DNA of 64,000 bases from Paragordius varius. Lineage: Eukaryota; Animalia; Nematomorpha. The stretch covers positions 1,054,001 to 1,118,000 of the forward strand of contig OZ176050.1 in assembly GCA_964247055.1 (NCBI GenBank), in the 5' to 3' direction. Of this stretch, positions 12,101 through 27,300 are shown one piece after another (within the stretch, counting starts at the first letter, position 1; each line of letters begins with the position of its first letter). The translations under genes and the position numbers were made by a program. The notes beneath the pieces are model-generated. The model was not told the origin of the DNA, ran no database searches, and saw only the letters and a list, made by a program, of their open reading frames with translations.

Positions 12101-15100
12101 TACATTCTCTTAGTAAAACTACATCAAAATATAGAAATAGTTTGACAAACTCTTTCATATCCGATTTTTACAACGATACTTTAAAAATTAATGTATAAAA
12201 CTAGTCGCATCAATACTCAAGTTATTTGTCCTTAAAAATCGGATATTGGTCCCCGGTGAACAAAATTATTTTTTATACATTCTCTTAGTAAAACTACATC
12301 AAAATATAGAAATAGTTTGACAAATTCTTTCATATCCGATTTTTACAACGATACTTTAAAAATTAATGTATAAAACTAGTCGCATCAATACTCAAGTTAA
12401 ATTTTGTCCTTAAAAATGGGATATTGGTCACCGGTGAACAAAACTATTTTTTATACATTCTCTTAGTAAGACTACATCAAAATATAGAGATAGTTTGACA
12501 AACTATTTCATATCCGATTTTTACAACGATACTTTATAAAATAATGTATTAAACTAGTCGCATCAATACTCAAGTTAAACTTTGTCCTTAAAAATCGGAT
12601 ATTGGTCACCGGTGAACAAAACTATTTTTTATACATTCTCTTAGTAGGACTACATCAAAATATAGAGATAGTTTGGCAAACTCTTTCATATCCGATTTTT
12701 ACAACGATACTTTAAAAATTATGGTATTAAACCAGTCGCATCAATACTCAAGTTACACTTTGTCCTTAAAAATCGGATATTGGTCACCGGTGAACAAAAC
12801 TACTTATTATACATTCTCTTAGTAAGACTACATCAAAATATAGAGATAGTTTGACAAACTCTTTCAAATCCGATTTTTACAACGATATTTAAAAATTAAT
12901 GTATAAAACTAGTCGTATCAATAAATCGCATCAATACTCAAGTTAAACTTTGTCCTTAAAAATCGGATATTGGTCACCGGTGAACAAAATTGTTTTTTAT
13001 ACATTCTCTTAGTAGGACTACATCAAAATATAGAGATAGTTTGGCAAACTTTTTCATATCCGATTTTTACAACGATACTTTAAAAATTATGGTATTAAAC
13101 CAGTCGCATCAATACTCAAGTTAAACTTTGTCCTTAAAAATCGGATATTGGTCACCGGTGAACAAAATTATTTTTTATACATTCTCTTTGTAAGACTACA
13201 TCAAAATATAGAAATAGTTTGACAAACTCTTTCATATCCGATTTTTACAACGATACTTTATAAATTATGGTATTAAACCAGTCGCATCAATACTCAAGTT
13301 AAACTTTGTCCTTAAAAATCGGATATTGGTCACCGGTGAACAAAACTATTTTTTATACATTCTCTTAGTAAGACTACATCAAAATATAGAGATAGTTTGA
13401 CAAACTCTTTCATATCCGATTTTTACAACGATACTTTAAAAATTAATGTATTAAACTAGTCGCATCAATACTCAAGTTAAACTTTGTCCTTTAAAATCGG
13501 ATATTGATCACCGGTGAAGAAAATTATTTTTTATACATTCTCTTAGTAAGACTACATCAAAATATAGAAATAGTTTGACAAACTCGTTCATATCCGATAT
13601 TACAACGATACTTTAAAAATTAATGTATTAAACTAGTCGCATCAATACTCAAGCTAAACTTTGTCCTTAAAAATCGGATATTGGTCACCGGTGAACGAAA
13701 CTATTTTTTATACATTCTCTTAGTAGGACTACATCAAAATATAGAGATAGTTTGGCAAACTCTTTCATATCCGATTTTTACAACGATACTTTAAAAATTA
13801 ATGTATAAAACTAGTCGCATCAATACTCAAGTTAAACTTTGTCCTTAAAAATCGGATATTCGTCACCGGTGAACAAAATTATTTTTTATACATTCTCTTA
13901 GTAAGACTACATCAAAATATAGAAATAGTTTGACAAACTCTTTCATATCCGATATACAACGATAAAGCTAAACATTGTCCTTAAAAATCGGATATTGGTC
14001 ACCGGTGAACAAAACTATTTTTTTTACATTCTCATTAAGACTACATCAAAATATAGAGATAGTTTGACAAACTCTTTCATATCCGATTTTTACAGCGATA
14101 CTTTAAAAATTAATGTATTAAACTAGTCGCATCAATACTCAAGTTAAACTTTGTCCTTAAAAATCGGATATTGGTCACCGGTGAACAAAACTATTTTTTA
14201 TACATTCTCTTAGTAGGACTACATCAAAATATAGAGATAGTTTGGCAAACTCTTTCATATCCGATTTTTACAACGATACTTTAAAAATTATGGTATTAAA
14301 CCAGTCGCATCAATACTCAAGTTACACTTTGTCCTTAAAAATCGGATATTGGTCACCGGTGAACAAAACTACTTATTATACATTCTCTTAATAAGACTAC
14401 ATCAAAATATAGAGATAGTTTGACAAACTCTTTCAAATCCGATTTTTACAACGATATTTAAAAATTAATGTATAAAACTAGTCGTATCAATAAATCGCAT
14501 CAATACTCAAGTTAAACTTTGTCCTTAAAAATCGGATATTGGTCACCGGTGAACAAAACTATTTTTTATACATTCTCTTAGTAAGACTACATCAAAATAT
14601 AGAGATAGTTTGACAAACTCTTTCATATCCGATTTTTACAACGATACTTTAAAAATTAATGTATTAAACTAGTCGCATCAATACTCAAGTTAAACTTTGT
14701 CCTTAAAAATCGGATATTCGTCACCGGTGAACAAAATTATTTTTTATACATTATCTTAGTAAGACTACATCAAAATATAGAAATAGTTTGACAAACTCTT
14801 TCATATCCGATTTTTACAACGATACTTTAAAAATTAATGTATTAAACTAGTCGCATCAATACTCAAGTTAAACATTGTCCTTAAAAATCGGATATTGGTC
14901 ACCGGTGAACAAAATTATTTTATATACATTCTCTTAGTAAGACTACATCAAAATATAGAGATAGTTTGACAAACTCTTTCATATCCGATTTTTACAACGA
15001 TATTTAAAAATTAATGTATAAAACTAGTCGTATCAATAAATCGCATCAATACTCAAGTTAAACTTTGTCCTTTAAAATCGGATATTGATCACCGGTGAAG

Positions 15101-16600
15101 AAAATTATTTTTTATACATTCTCTTAGTAAGACTACATCAAAATATAGAAATAGTTTGACAAACTCTTTCATATCCGATATTACAACGATACTTTAAAAA
15201 TTAATGTATTAAACTAGTCGCATCAATACTCAAGCTAAACTTTGTCCTTAAAAATCGGATATTGGTCACCGGTGAACGAAACTATTTTTTATACATTCTC
15301 TTAGTAGGACTACATCAAAATATAGAGATAGTTTGGCAAACTCTTTCATATCCGATTTTTACAACGATACTTTAAAAATTAATGTATAAAACTAGTCGCA
15401 TCAATACTCAAGTTAAACTTTGTCCTTAAAAATCGGATATTCGTCACCGGTGAACAAAATTATTTTTTATACATTCTCTTAGTAAGACTACATCAAAATA
15501 TAGAAATAGTTTGACAAACTCTTTCATATCCGATATTACAACGATAAAGCTAAACATTGTCCTTAAAAATCGGATATTGGTCACCGGTGAACAAAACTAT
15601 TTTTTTTACATTCTCATTAAGACTACATCAAAATATAGAGATAGTTTGACAAACTCTTTCATATCCGATTTTTACAGCGATACTTTAAAAATTAATGTAT
15701 TAAACTAGTCGCATCAATACTCAAGTTAAACTTTGCCCTTAAAAATCGGATATTGGTCACCGGTGAACAAAATTATTTTTTATACATTCTCTTAGTAAGA
15801 CTACATCAAAATATAGAGATAGTTTGACAAACTCTTTCTTATCCGATTTTTACAACGATACTTTAAAAATTATGGTATTAAACCAGTCGCATCAATACTC
15901 AAGTACAACTTTGTCCTTAAAAATCGGATATTGGTCACCGGTGAACAAAATTATTTTATATACATTCTCTTAGTAAGACTACATCAAATTATAGAGATAG
16001 TTTGACAAACTCTTTCATATCCGATTTTTACAACGATACTTTAAAAATTAATGTATAAAACTAGTCGCATCAATACTCAAGCTAAAATTGTCCTTAAAAA
16101 TCGGATATTGGTCACCGGTGAACAAAACTATTTTTTATACATTCTCTTAGTAAGACTACATCATTATATAGAGATAGTTTGACAAACTCTTTCATATCCG
16201 ATTTTTACAACGATATTTAAGAATTAATGTATAAAACTAGTCGTATCAATAAATAGCATCAATACTCAAGTTAAACTCTGTCCTTAAAAATCGGATATTG
16301 GTCACCGATGAACAAAATTATTTTTTATACATTCTCGTAGTAGGACTACATCAAAATATAGAGATAGTTTGGCAAACTTTTTCATAATCGATTTTTACAA
16401 CGATACTTTAAAAATTAATGTATAAAACTAGTCGCATCAATACTCAAGTTAAACTTTGTCCTTAAAAATCGGATATTGGTCACCGGTGAACAAAATTATT
16501 TTTTACACATTCTCTTAGCAAGACTACATCAAAATATAGAGATAGTTTGAGAAACTCTTTCATATCCGATTTTTACAACGATACTTTAAAAATTAATATA

Positions 16601-16640
16601 TAAAACTAGTCGTATCAATAAATCGCATCAATACTCAAGT
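16601..16640 (+). repeat. 13-bp internal duplication defining the 190/191-bp monomer variant (TCGTATCAATAAA inserted before TCGCATCAATAC)
   Basis: Seen in the first monomer (about 8007-8030) and in dozens of monomers throughout. It is densest at about 22-43 kb. Confidence 0.95.
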
Positions 16641-17936
16641 TAAACTTTGTCCTTAAAAATCGGATATTGGTGACCTGTGAACAAAATTATTTTTTATACA
16701 TTCTCTTAGTAGGACTACATCAAAATATAGAGATAGTTTGGCAAACTCTTTCATATCCGATTTTACAACGATACTTTAAAAATTATGGTATTAAACCAGT
16801 CGCATCAATACTCAAGTTAAACTTTGTCCTTAAAAATCGGATATTGGTCACCGGTGAACAAAACTATTTTTTTTACATTCTCTTAGTAAGACTACATCAA
16901 AATATAGAGATAGTTTGACAAACTCTTTCATATCCGATTTTTACAGCGATACTTTATAAATTAATGTATTAAACTAGTCGCATCAATACATAAGTTAAAC
17001 TTTGTCCTTAAAAATCGGATATTGGTCACCGGTGAACGAAACTATTTTTTATACATTCTCTTAGTAGGACTACATCAAAATATAGAGATAGTTTGGAAAA
17101 CTCTTTAATATCCGATTTTTACAACGATACTTTAAAAATTAATGTATAAAACTAGTCGCATCAATACTCAAGTTAAACTTTGTCCTTAAAAATCGGATAT
17201 TGGTCACCGGTGAACAAAATTATTTTTTATACATTCTCTTAGTAAGACTACATCAAAATATAGAAATAGTTTGACAAACTCTTTCATATCCGATATTACA
17301 ACGATAAAGCTAAACATTGTCCTTAAAAATCGGATATTGGTCACCGGTGAACAAAACTATTTTTTATACATTCTCATTAAGACTACATCAAAATATAGAG
17401 ATAGTTTGACAAACTCTTTCATATCCGATTTTTACAGTGATACTTTAAAAATTAATGTATTAAACTAGTCGCATCAATACTTAAGTTAAACTTTGTCCTT
17501 AAAAATCGGATATTGGTCACCGGTGAACAAAATTATTTTTTATACATTCTCTTAGTAAGACTACATCAAAATATAGAGATAGTTTGACAAACACTTTCAT
17601 ATCCGATTTTTACAACGATACTTTAAAAATTATGGTATTAAACCAGTCGCATCAATACTCAAGCTAAACATTGTCCTTAAAAATAGGATAATGGTCACCG
17701 GTGAACAAAATTATTTTTTATACATTCTCTTAGTAAGACTACATCAAAATATAGAGATAGTTTGACAAACTCTTTCATATCCGATTTTTACAACGATACT
17801 TTAAAAATTAATGTATAAAACTAGTCGTATCAATAAATCGCATCAATACTCAAGTTAAACTTTGTCCTTAAAAATCGGATATTGGTCACCGGTGAACAAA
17901 ATTATTTTTTATACATTCTCTTAGTAAGACTACATC

Positions 17937-18881
17937 AAAATATAGAAATAGTTTGACAAACTCTTTCATATCCGATATTACAACGATAAAGCTAAACTTT
18001 GTCCTTAAAAATCGGATATTGGTCACCGGTGAACGAAACTATTTTTTATACATTCTCTTAGTAGGACTACATCAAAATATAGAGATAGTTTGGAAAACTC
18101 TTTAATATCCGATTTTTACAACGATACTTTAAAAATTAATGTATAAAACTAGTCGCATCAATACTCAAGTTAAACTTTGTCCTTAAAAATCGGATATTGG
18201 TCACCGGTGAACAAAATTATTTTTTATACATTCTCTTAGTAAGACTACATCAAAATATAGAAATAGTTTGACAAACTCTTTCATATCCGATATTACAACG
18301 ATAAAGCTAAACTTTGTCCTTAAAAATCGGATATTGGTCACCGGTGAACGAAACTATTTTTTATACATTCTCTTAGTAGGACTACATCAAAATATAGAGA
18401 TAGTTTGGAAAACTCTTTAATATCCGATTTTTACAACGATACTTTAAAAATTAATGTATAAAACTAGTCGCATCAATACTCAAGTTAAACTTTGTCCTTA
18501 AAAATCGGATATTGGTCACCGGTGAACAAAATTATTTTTTATACATTCTCTTAGTAAGACTACATCAAAATATAGAAATAGTTTGACAAACTCTTTCATA
18601 TCCGATATTACAACGATAAAGCTAAACTTTGTCCTTAAAAATCGGATATTGGTCACCGGTGAACGAAACTATTTTTTATACATTCTCTTAGTAGGACTAC
18701 ATCAAAATATAGAGATAGTTTGGAAAACTCTTTAATATCCGATTTTTACAACGATACTTTAAAAATTAATGTATAAAACTAGTCGCATCAATACTCAAGT
18801 TAAACTTTGTCCTTAAAAATCGGATATTGGTCACCGGTGAACAAAATTATTTTTTATACATTCTCTTAGTAAGACTACATC
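17937..18881 (+). repeat. 315-bp dimeric higher-order repeat (137+178), 3 tandem copies
   Basis: Deletion junctions at 17988, 18303 and 18618 are exactly 315 apart, and the units look identical. Confidence 0.95.
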
Positions 18882-19438
18882 AAAATATAGAAATAGTTTG
18901 ACAAATTCTTTCATATCCGATTTTTACAACGATACTTTAAAAAATGTATTTAACTAGTCGCATCAATACTCAAGTTAAACTTTGTCCTTAAAAATCGGAT
19001 ATTGGTCACCGGTGAACAAAATTATTTTTTACACATTCTCTTAGCAAGACTACATCAAAATATAGAGATAGTTTGAGAAACTCTTTCATATCCGATTTTT
19101 ACAACGATACTTTAAAAATTAATATATAAAACTAGTCGTATCAATAAATCGCATCAATACTCAAGTTAAACTTTGTCCTTAAAAATCGGATATTGGTGAC
19201 CTGTGAACAAAATTATTTTTTACACATTCTCTTAGCAAGACTACATCAAAATATAGAGATAGTTTGAGAAACTCTTTCATATCCGATTTTTACAACGATA
19301 CTTTAAAAATTAATATATAAAACTAGTCGTATCAATAAATCGCATCAATACTCAAGTTAAACTTTGTCCTTAAAAATCGGATATTGGTCACCGGTGAACA
19401 AAATTATTTTTTATACATTCTCTTAGTAAGACTACATC

Positions 19439-20068
19439 AAAATATAGAAATAGTTTGACAAACTCTTTCATATCCGATATTACAACGATAAAGCTAAACT
19501 TTGTCCTTAAAAATCGGATATTGGTCACCGGTGAACGAAACTATTTTTTATACATTCTCTTAGTAGGACTACATCAAAATATAGAGATAGTTTGGAAAAC
19601 TCTTTAATATCCGATTTTTACAACGATACTTTAAAAATTAATGTATAAAACTAGTCGCATCAATACTCAAGTTAAACTTTGTCCTTAAAAATCGGATATT
19701 GGTCACCGGTGAACAAAATTATTTTTTATACATTCTCTTAGTAAGACTACATCAAAATATAGAAATAGTTTGACAAACTCTTTCATATCCGATATTACAA
19801 CGATAAAGCTAAACTTTGTCCTTAAAAATCGGATATTGGTCACCGGTGAACGAAACTATTTTTTATACATTCTCTTAGTAGGACTACATCAAAATATAGA
19901 GATAGTTTGGAAAACTCTTTAATATCCGATTTTTACAACGATACTTTAAAAATTAATGTATAAAACTAGTCGCATCAATACTCAAGTTAAACTTTGTCCT
20001 TAAAAATCGGATATTGGTCACCGGTGAACAAAATTATTTTTTATACATTCTCTTAGTAAGACTACATC
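19439..20068 (+). repeat. 315-bp dimeric higher-order repeat, 2 tandem copies
   Basis: Junctions at 19490 and 19805, with the same diagnostic variants as 17937-18881. Confidence 0.93.
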
Positions 20069-21329
20069 AAAATATAGAAATAGTTTGACAAATTCTTTCA
20101 TATCCGATTTTTACAACGATACTTTAAAAAATGTATTTAACTAGTCGCATCAATACTCAAGTTAAACTTTGTCCTTAAAAATCGGATATTGGTCACCGGT
20201 GAACAAAATTATTTTTTACACATTCTCTTAGCAAGACTACATCAAAATATAGAGATAGTTTGAGAAACTCTTTCATATCCGATTTTTACAACGATACTTT
20301 AAAAATTAATATATAAAACTAGTCGTATCAATAAATCGCATCAATACTCAAGTTAAACTTTGTCCTTAAAAATCGGATATTGGTGACCTGTGAACAAAAT
20401 TATTTTTTATACATTCTCTTAGTAGGACTACATCAAAATATAGAGATAGTTTGGCAAACTCTTTCATATCCGATTTTACAACGATACTTTAAAAATTATG
20501 GTATTAAACCAGTCGCATCAATACTCAAGTTAAACTCTGTCCTTAAAAATCGGATATTGGTCACCGGTGAACGAAACTATTTTTTATACATTCTCTTAGT
20601 AGGACTACATCAAAATATAGAGATAGTTTGGAAAACTCTTTAATATCCGATTTTTACAACGATACTTTAAAAATTAATGTATAAAACTAGTCGCATCAAT
20701 ACTTAAGTTATTTGTCCTTAAAAATCGGATATTGGTCACCGGTGAACAAAATTATTTTTTATACATTCTCTTAGTAAAACTACATCAAAATATAGAAATA
20801 GTTTGACAAATTCTTTCATATCCGATTTTTACAACGATACTTTAAAAAATGTATTTAACTAGTCGCATCAATACTCAAGTTAAACTTTGTCCTTAAAAAT
20901 CGGATATTGGTCACCGGTGAACAAAATTATTTTTTACACATTCTCTTAGCAAGACTACATCAAAATATAGAGATAGTTTGAGAAACTCTTTCATATCCGA
21001 TTTTTACAACGATACTTTAAAAATTAATATATAAAACTAGTCGTATCAATAAATCGCATCAATACTCAAGTTAAACTTTGTCCTTAAAAATCGGATATTG
21101 GTGACCTGTGAACAAAATTATTTTTTATACATTCTCTTAGTAGGACTACATCAAAATATAGAGATAGTTTGGCAAACTCTTTCATATCCGATTTTACAAC
21201 GATACTTTAAATATTATGGTATTAAACCAGTCGCATCAATACTCAAGTTAAACTTTGTCCTTAAAAATCGGATATTGGTCACCGGTGAACAAAACTATTT
21301 TTTTTACATTCTCTTAGTAAGACTACATC

Positions 21330-24300
21330 AAAATATAGAGATAGTTTGACAAACTCTTTCATATCCGATTTTTACAGCGATACTTTATAAATTAATGTAT
21401 TAAACTAGTCGCATCAATACATAAGTTAAACTTTGTCCTTAAAAATCGGATATTGGTCACCGGTGAACGAAACTATTTTTTATACATTCTCTTAGTAGGA
21501 CTACATCAAAATATAGAGATAGTTTGGAAAACTCTTTAATATCCGATTTTTACAACGATACTTTAAAAATTAATGTATAAAACTAGTCGCATCAATACTC
21601 AAGTTAAACTTTGTCCTTAAAAATCGGATATTGGTCACCGGTGAACAAAATTATTTTTTATACATTCTCTTAGTAAGACTACATCAAAATATAGAAATAG
21701 TTTGACAAACTCTTTCATATCCGATATTACAACGATAAAGCTAAACATTGTCCTTAAAAATCGGATATTGGTCACCGGTGAACAAAACTATTTTTTATAC
21801 ATTCTCATTAAGACTACATCAAAATATAGAGATAGTTTGACAAACTCTTTCATATCCGATTTTTACAGTGATACTTTAAAAATTAATGTATTAAACTAGT
21901 CGCATCAATACTTAAGTTAAACTTTGTCCTTAAAAATCGGATATTGGTCACCGGTGAACAAAATTATTTTTTATACATTCTCTTAGTAAGACTACATCAA
22001 AATATAGAGATAGTTTGACAAACACTTTCATATCCGATTTTTACAACGATACTTTAAAAATTATGGTATTAAACCAGTCGCATCAATACTCAAGCTAAAC
22101 ATTGTCCTTAAAAATAGGATATTGGTCACCGGTGAACAAAATTATTTTTTATACATTCTCTTAGTAAGACTACATCAAAATATAGAGATAGTTTGACAAA
22201 CTCTTTCATATCCGATTTTTACAACGATACTTTAAAAATTAATGTATAAAACTAGTCGTATCAATAAATCGCATCAATACTCAAGTTAAACTTTGTCCTT
22301 AAAAATCGGATATTGGTCACCGGTGAACAAAATTATTTTTTATACATTCTCTTAGTAGGACTAAATCAAAATATAGAGATAGTTTGGCAAACTTTTTCAT
22401 AATCGATTTTTACAACGATACTTTAAAAATTAATGTATAAAACTAGTCGCATCAATACTCAAGTTAAACTTTGTCCTTAAAAATCGGATATTAGTCACCG
22501 GTAAACAAAATTATTTTTTATACATTCTCTTAGTAAGACTACATCAAAATATAGATATAGTTTGACAAATTCTTTCATATCCGATTTTTACAACGATACT
22601 TTAAAAATTAATGTATTTAACTAGTCGCATCAATACTCAAGTCCTTAAAAATCGGATATTGGTCACCGGTGAACAAAATTATTTTTTATACATTCTCTTA
22701 GCAAGACTACATCAAAATATAGAGATAGTTTGACAAACTCTTTCATATCCGATTTTTACAACGATACTTTAAAAATTAATGTATAAAACTAGTCGCATCA
22801 ATACTCATATTAAACTTTGTCCTTAAAAATCGGATATTGGTCACCGGTGAACAAAATTATTTTTTATACATTCTCTTAGTAGGACTACATCAAAATATAG
22901 AGATAGTTTGACAAACTATTTCATATCCGATTTTTACAACGATACTTTAGAAATTAATGTATTAAACTAGTCGCATCAATACTCAAGTTAAACTTTGTCC
23001 TTAAAAATCGGATATTGGTCACCGGTGAACAAAATTATTTTTTATACATTCTCTTAGTAAGACTACATCAAAATATAGAGATAGTTTGACAAACTCTTTC
23101 ATATCCGATTTTTACAACGATACTTTAAAAATTAATGTATAAAACTAGTCGTATCAATAAATCGCATCAATACTCAAGTTAAACTTTGTCCTTAAAAATC
23201 GGATATTGGTCACCGGTGAACAAAATTATTTTTTATACATTCTCTTAGTAGGACTACATCAAAATATAGAGATAGTTTCCAAACTTTTTCATAATCGATT
23301 TTTACAACGATACTTTAAAAATTAATGTATAAAACTAGTCGCATCAATACTCAAGTTAAATTTTGTCCTTAAAAATGGGTAAACTTTGTCCTTAAAAATC
23401 GGATATTGGTCACCGGTGAACAAAATTATTTTTTATACATTCTCTTAGTAAGACTACATCAAAATATAGAGATAGTTTGACAAACTCTTCTATATCCGAT
23501 TTTTACAACGATACTTTAAAAATTAATGTATAAAACTAGTCGTATCAATAAATCGCATCAATACTCAAGTTAAACTTTGTCCTTAAAAATCGGATATTGG
23601 TCACCGGTGAACAAAATCATTTTTTATACATTCTCTTAGTAGGACTACATCAAAATATAGAGATAGTTTGACAAACTCTTTCATATCCGATTTTTACAAC
23701 GATACTTTAAAAATTAATGTATAAAACTAGTCGTATCAATAAATCGCATCAATACTCAAGTTAAACTTTGTCCTTAAAAATCGGATATTGGTCACCGGTG
23801 AACAAAATTATTTTTTATACATTCTCTTAGTAGGACTACATCAAAATATAGAGATAGTTTCCAAACTTTTTCATAATCGATTTTTACAACGATACTTTAA
23901 AAATTAATGTATAAAACTAGTCGCATCAATACTCAAGTTAAATTTTGTCTTTAAAAATGGGATATTGGTCACCGGTGAACAAAATTATTTTTTATACATT
24001 CTCTTAGTAGGACTACATCAAAATATAGAGATAGTTTGGAAAACTCTTTAATATCCGATTTTTACAACGATACTTTAAAAATTAATGTATAAAACTAGTC
24101 GCATCAATACTCAAGTTATTTGTCCTTAAAAATCGGATATTGGTCACCGGTGAACAAAATTATTTTTTATACATTCTCTTAGTAAAACTACATCAAAATA
24201 TAGAAATAGTTTGACAAATTCTTTCATATCCGATTTTTACAACGATACTTTAAAAAATGTATTTAACTAGTCGCATCAATACTCAAGTTAAACTTTGTCC

Positions 24301-27300
24301 TTAAAAATCGGATATTGGTCACCGGTCAACAAAATTATTTTTTACACATTCTCTTAGCAAGACTACATCAAAATATAGAGATAGTTTGAGAAACTCTTTC
24401 ATATCCGATTTTTACAACGATACTTTAAAAATTAATATATAAAACTAGTCGTATCAATAAATCGCATCAATACTCAAGTTAAACTTTGTCCTTAAAAATC
24501 GGATATTGGTGACCTGTGAACAAAATTATTTTTTATACATTCTCTTAGTAGGACTACATCAAAATATAGAGATAGTTTGACAAATTCTTTCATATCCGAT
24601 TTTTACAACGATACTTTAAAAATTAATGTATTTAACTAGTCGCATCAATACTCAAGTCCTTAAAAATCGGATATTGGTCACCGGTGAACAAAATTATTTT
24701 TTATACATTCTCTTAGCAAGACTACATCAAAATATAGAGATAGTTTGACAAACTCTTTCATATCCGATTTTTACAGCGATACTTTATAAATTAATGTATT
24801 AAACTAGTCGCATCAATACATAAGTTAAACTTTGTCCTTAAAAATCGGATATTGGTCACCGGTGAACGAAACTATTTTTTATACATTCTCTTAGTAGGAC
24901 TACATCAAAATATAGAGATAGTTTGGAAAACTCTTTAATATCCGATTTTTACAACGATACTTTAAAAATTAATGTATAAAACTAGTCGCATCAATACTCA
25001 AGTTAAACTTTGTCCTTAAAAATCGGATATTGGTCACCGGTGAACAAAATTATTTTTTATACATTCTCTTAGTAAGACTACATCAAAATATAGAAATAGT
25101 TTGACAAACTCTTTCATATCCGATATTACAACGATAAAGCTAAACATTGTCCTTAAAAATCGGATATTGGTCACCGGTGAACAAAACTATTTTTTATACA
25201 TTCTCATTAAGACTACATCAAAATATAGAGATAGTTTGACAAACTCTTTCATATCCGATTTTTACAGTGATACTTTAAAAATTAATGTATTAAACTAGTC
25301 GCATCAATACTTAAGTTAAACTTTGTCCTTAAAAATCGGATAATGGTCACCGGTGAACAAAATCATTTTTTATACATTCTCTTAGTAGGACTACATCAAA
25401 ATATAGAGATAGTTTGACAAACTCTTTCATATCCGATTTTTACAACGATACTTTAAAAATTAATGTATAAAACTAGTCGTATCAATAAATCGCATCAATA
25501 CTCAAGTTAAACTTTGTCCTTAAAAATCGGATATTGGTCACCGGTGAACAAAATTATTTTTTATACATTCTCTTAGTAGGACTACATCAAAATATAGAGA
25601 TAGTTTCCAAACTTTTTCATAATCGATTTTTACAACGATACTTTAAAAATTAATGTATAAAACTAGTCGCATCAATACTCAAGTTAAATTTTGTCTTTAA
25701 AAATGGGATATTGGTCACCGGTGAACAAAATTATTTTTTATACATTCTCTTAGTAGGACTACATCAAAATATAGAGATAGTTTGGAAAACTCTTTAATAT
25801 CCGATTTTTACAACGATACTTTAAAAATTAATGTATAAAACTAGTCGCATCAATACTCAAGTTATTTGTCCTTAAAAATCGGATATTGGTCACCGGTGAA
25901 CAAAATTATTTTTTATACATTCTCTTAGTAAAACTACATCAAAATATAGAAATAGTTTGACAAATTCTTTCATATCCGATTTTTACAACGATACTTTAAA
26001 AAATGTATTTAACTAGTCGCATCAATACTCAAGTTAAACTTTGTCCTTAAAAATCGGATATTGGTCACCGGTCAACAAAATTATTTTTTACACATTCTCT
26101 TAGCAAGACTACATCAAAATATAGAGATAGTTTGAGAAACTCTTTCATATCCGATTTTTACAACGATACTTTAAAAATTAATATATAAAACTAGTCGTAT
26201 CAATAAATCGCATCAATACTCAAGTTAAACTTTGTCCTTAAAAATCGGATATTGGTGACCTGTGAACAAAATTATTTTTTATACATTCTCTTAGTAGGAC
26301 TACATCAAAATATAGAGATAGTTTGACAAATTCTTTCATATCCGATTTTTACAACGATACTTTAAAAATTAATGTATTTAACTAGTCGCATCAATACTCA
26401 AGTCCTTAAAAATCGGATATTGGTCACCGGTGAACAAAATTATTTTTTATACATTCTCTTAGCAAGACTACATCAAAATATAGAGATAGTTTGACAAACT
26501 CTTTCATATCCGATTTTTACAGCGATACTTTATAAATTAATGTATTAAACTAGTCGCATCAATACATAAGTTAAACTTTGTCCTTAAAAATCGGATATTG
26601 GTCACCGGTGAACGAAACTATTTTTTATACATTCTCTTAGTAGGACTACATCAAAATATAGAGATAGTTTGGAAAACTCTTTAATATCCGATTTTTACAA
26701 CGATACTTTAAAAATTAATGTATAAAACTAGTCGCATCAATACTCAAGTTAAACTTTGTCCTTAAAAATCGGATATTGGTCACCGGTGAACAAAATTATT
26801 TTTTATACATTCTCTTAGTAAGACTACATCAAAATATAGAAATAGTTTGACAAACTCTTTCATATCCGATATTACAACGATAAAGCTAAACATTGTCCTT
26901 AAAAATCGGATATTGGTCACCGGTGAACAAAACTATTTTTTATACATTCTCATTAAGACTACATCAAAATATAGAGATAGTTTGACAAACTCTTTCATAT
27001 CCGATTTTTACAGTGATACTTTAAAAATTAATGTATTAAACTAGTCGCATCAATACTTAAGTTAAACTTTGTCCTTAAAAATCGGATATTGGTCACCGGT
27101 GAACAAAATTATTTTTTATACATTCTCTTAGTAAGACTACATCAAAATATAGAGATAGTTTGACAAACACTTTCATATCCGATTTTTACAACGATACTTT
27201 AAAAATTATGGTATTAAACCAGTCGCATCAATACTCAAGCTAAACATTGTCCTTAAAAATAGGATATTGGTCACCGGTGAACAAAATTATTTTTTATACA

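Larger units (their letters stand above)
16440..22350 (+). repeat. Duplicated block of about 1.5 kb, offset 4431 (about 16440-17920 and 20870-22350)
   Basis: The TACACATT variant occurs at 16505 and 20936. ORF-track pairs 16667/21098 and 17271/21702 are also offset by 4431. Confidence 0.88.
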
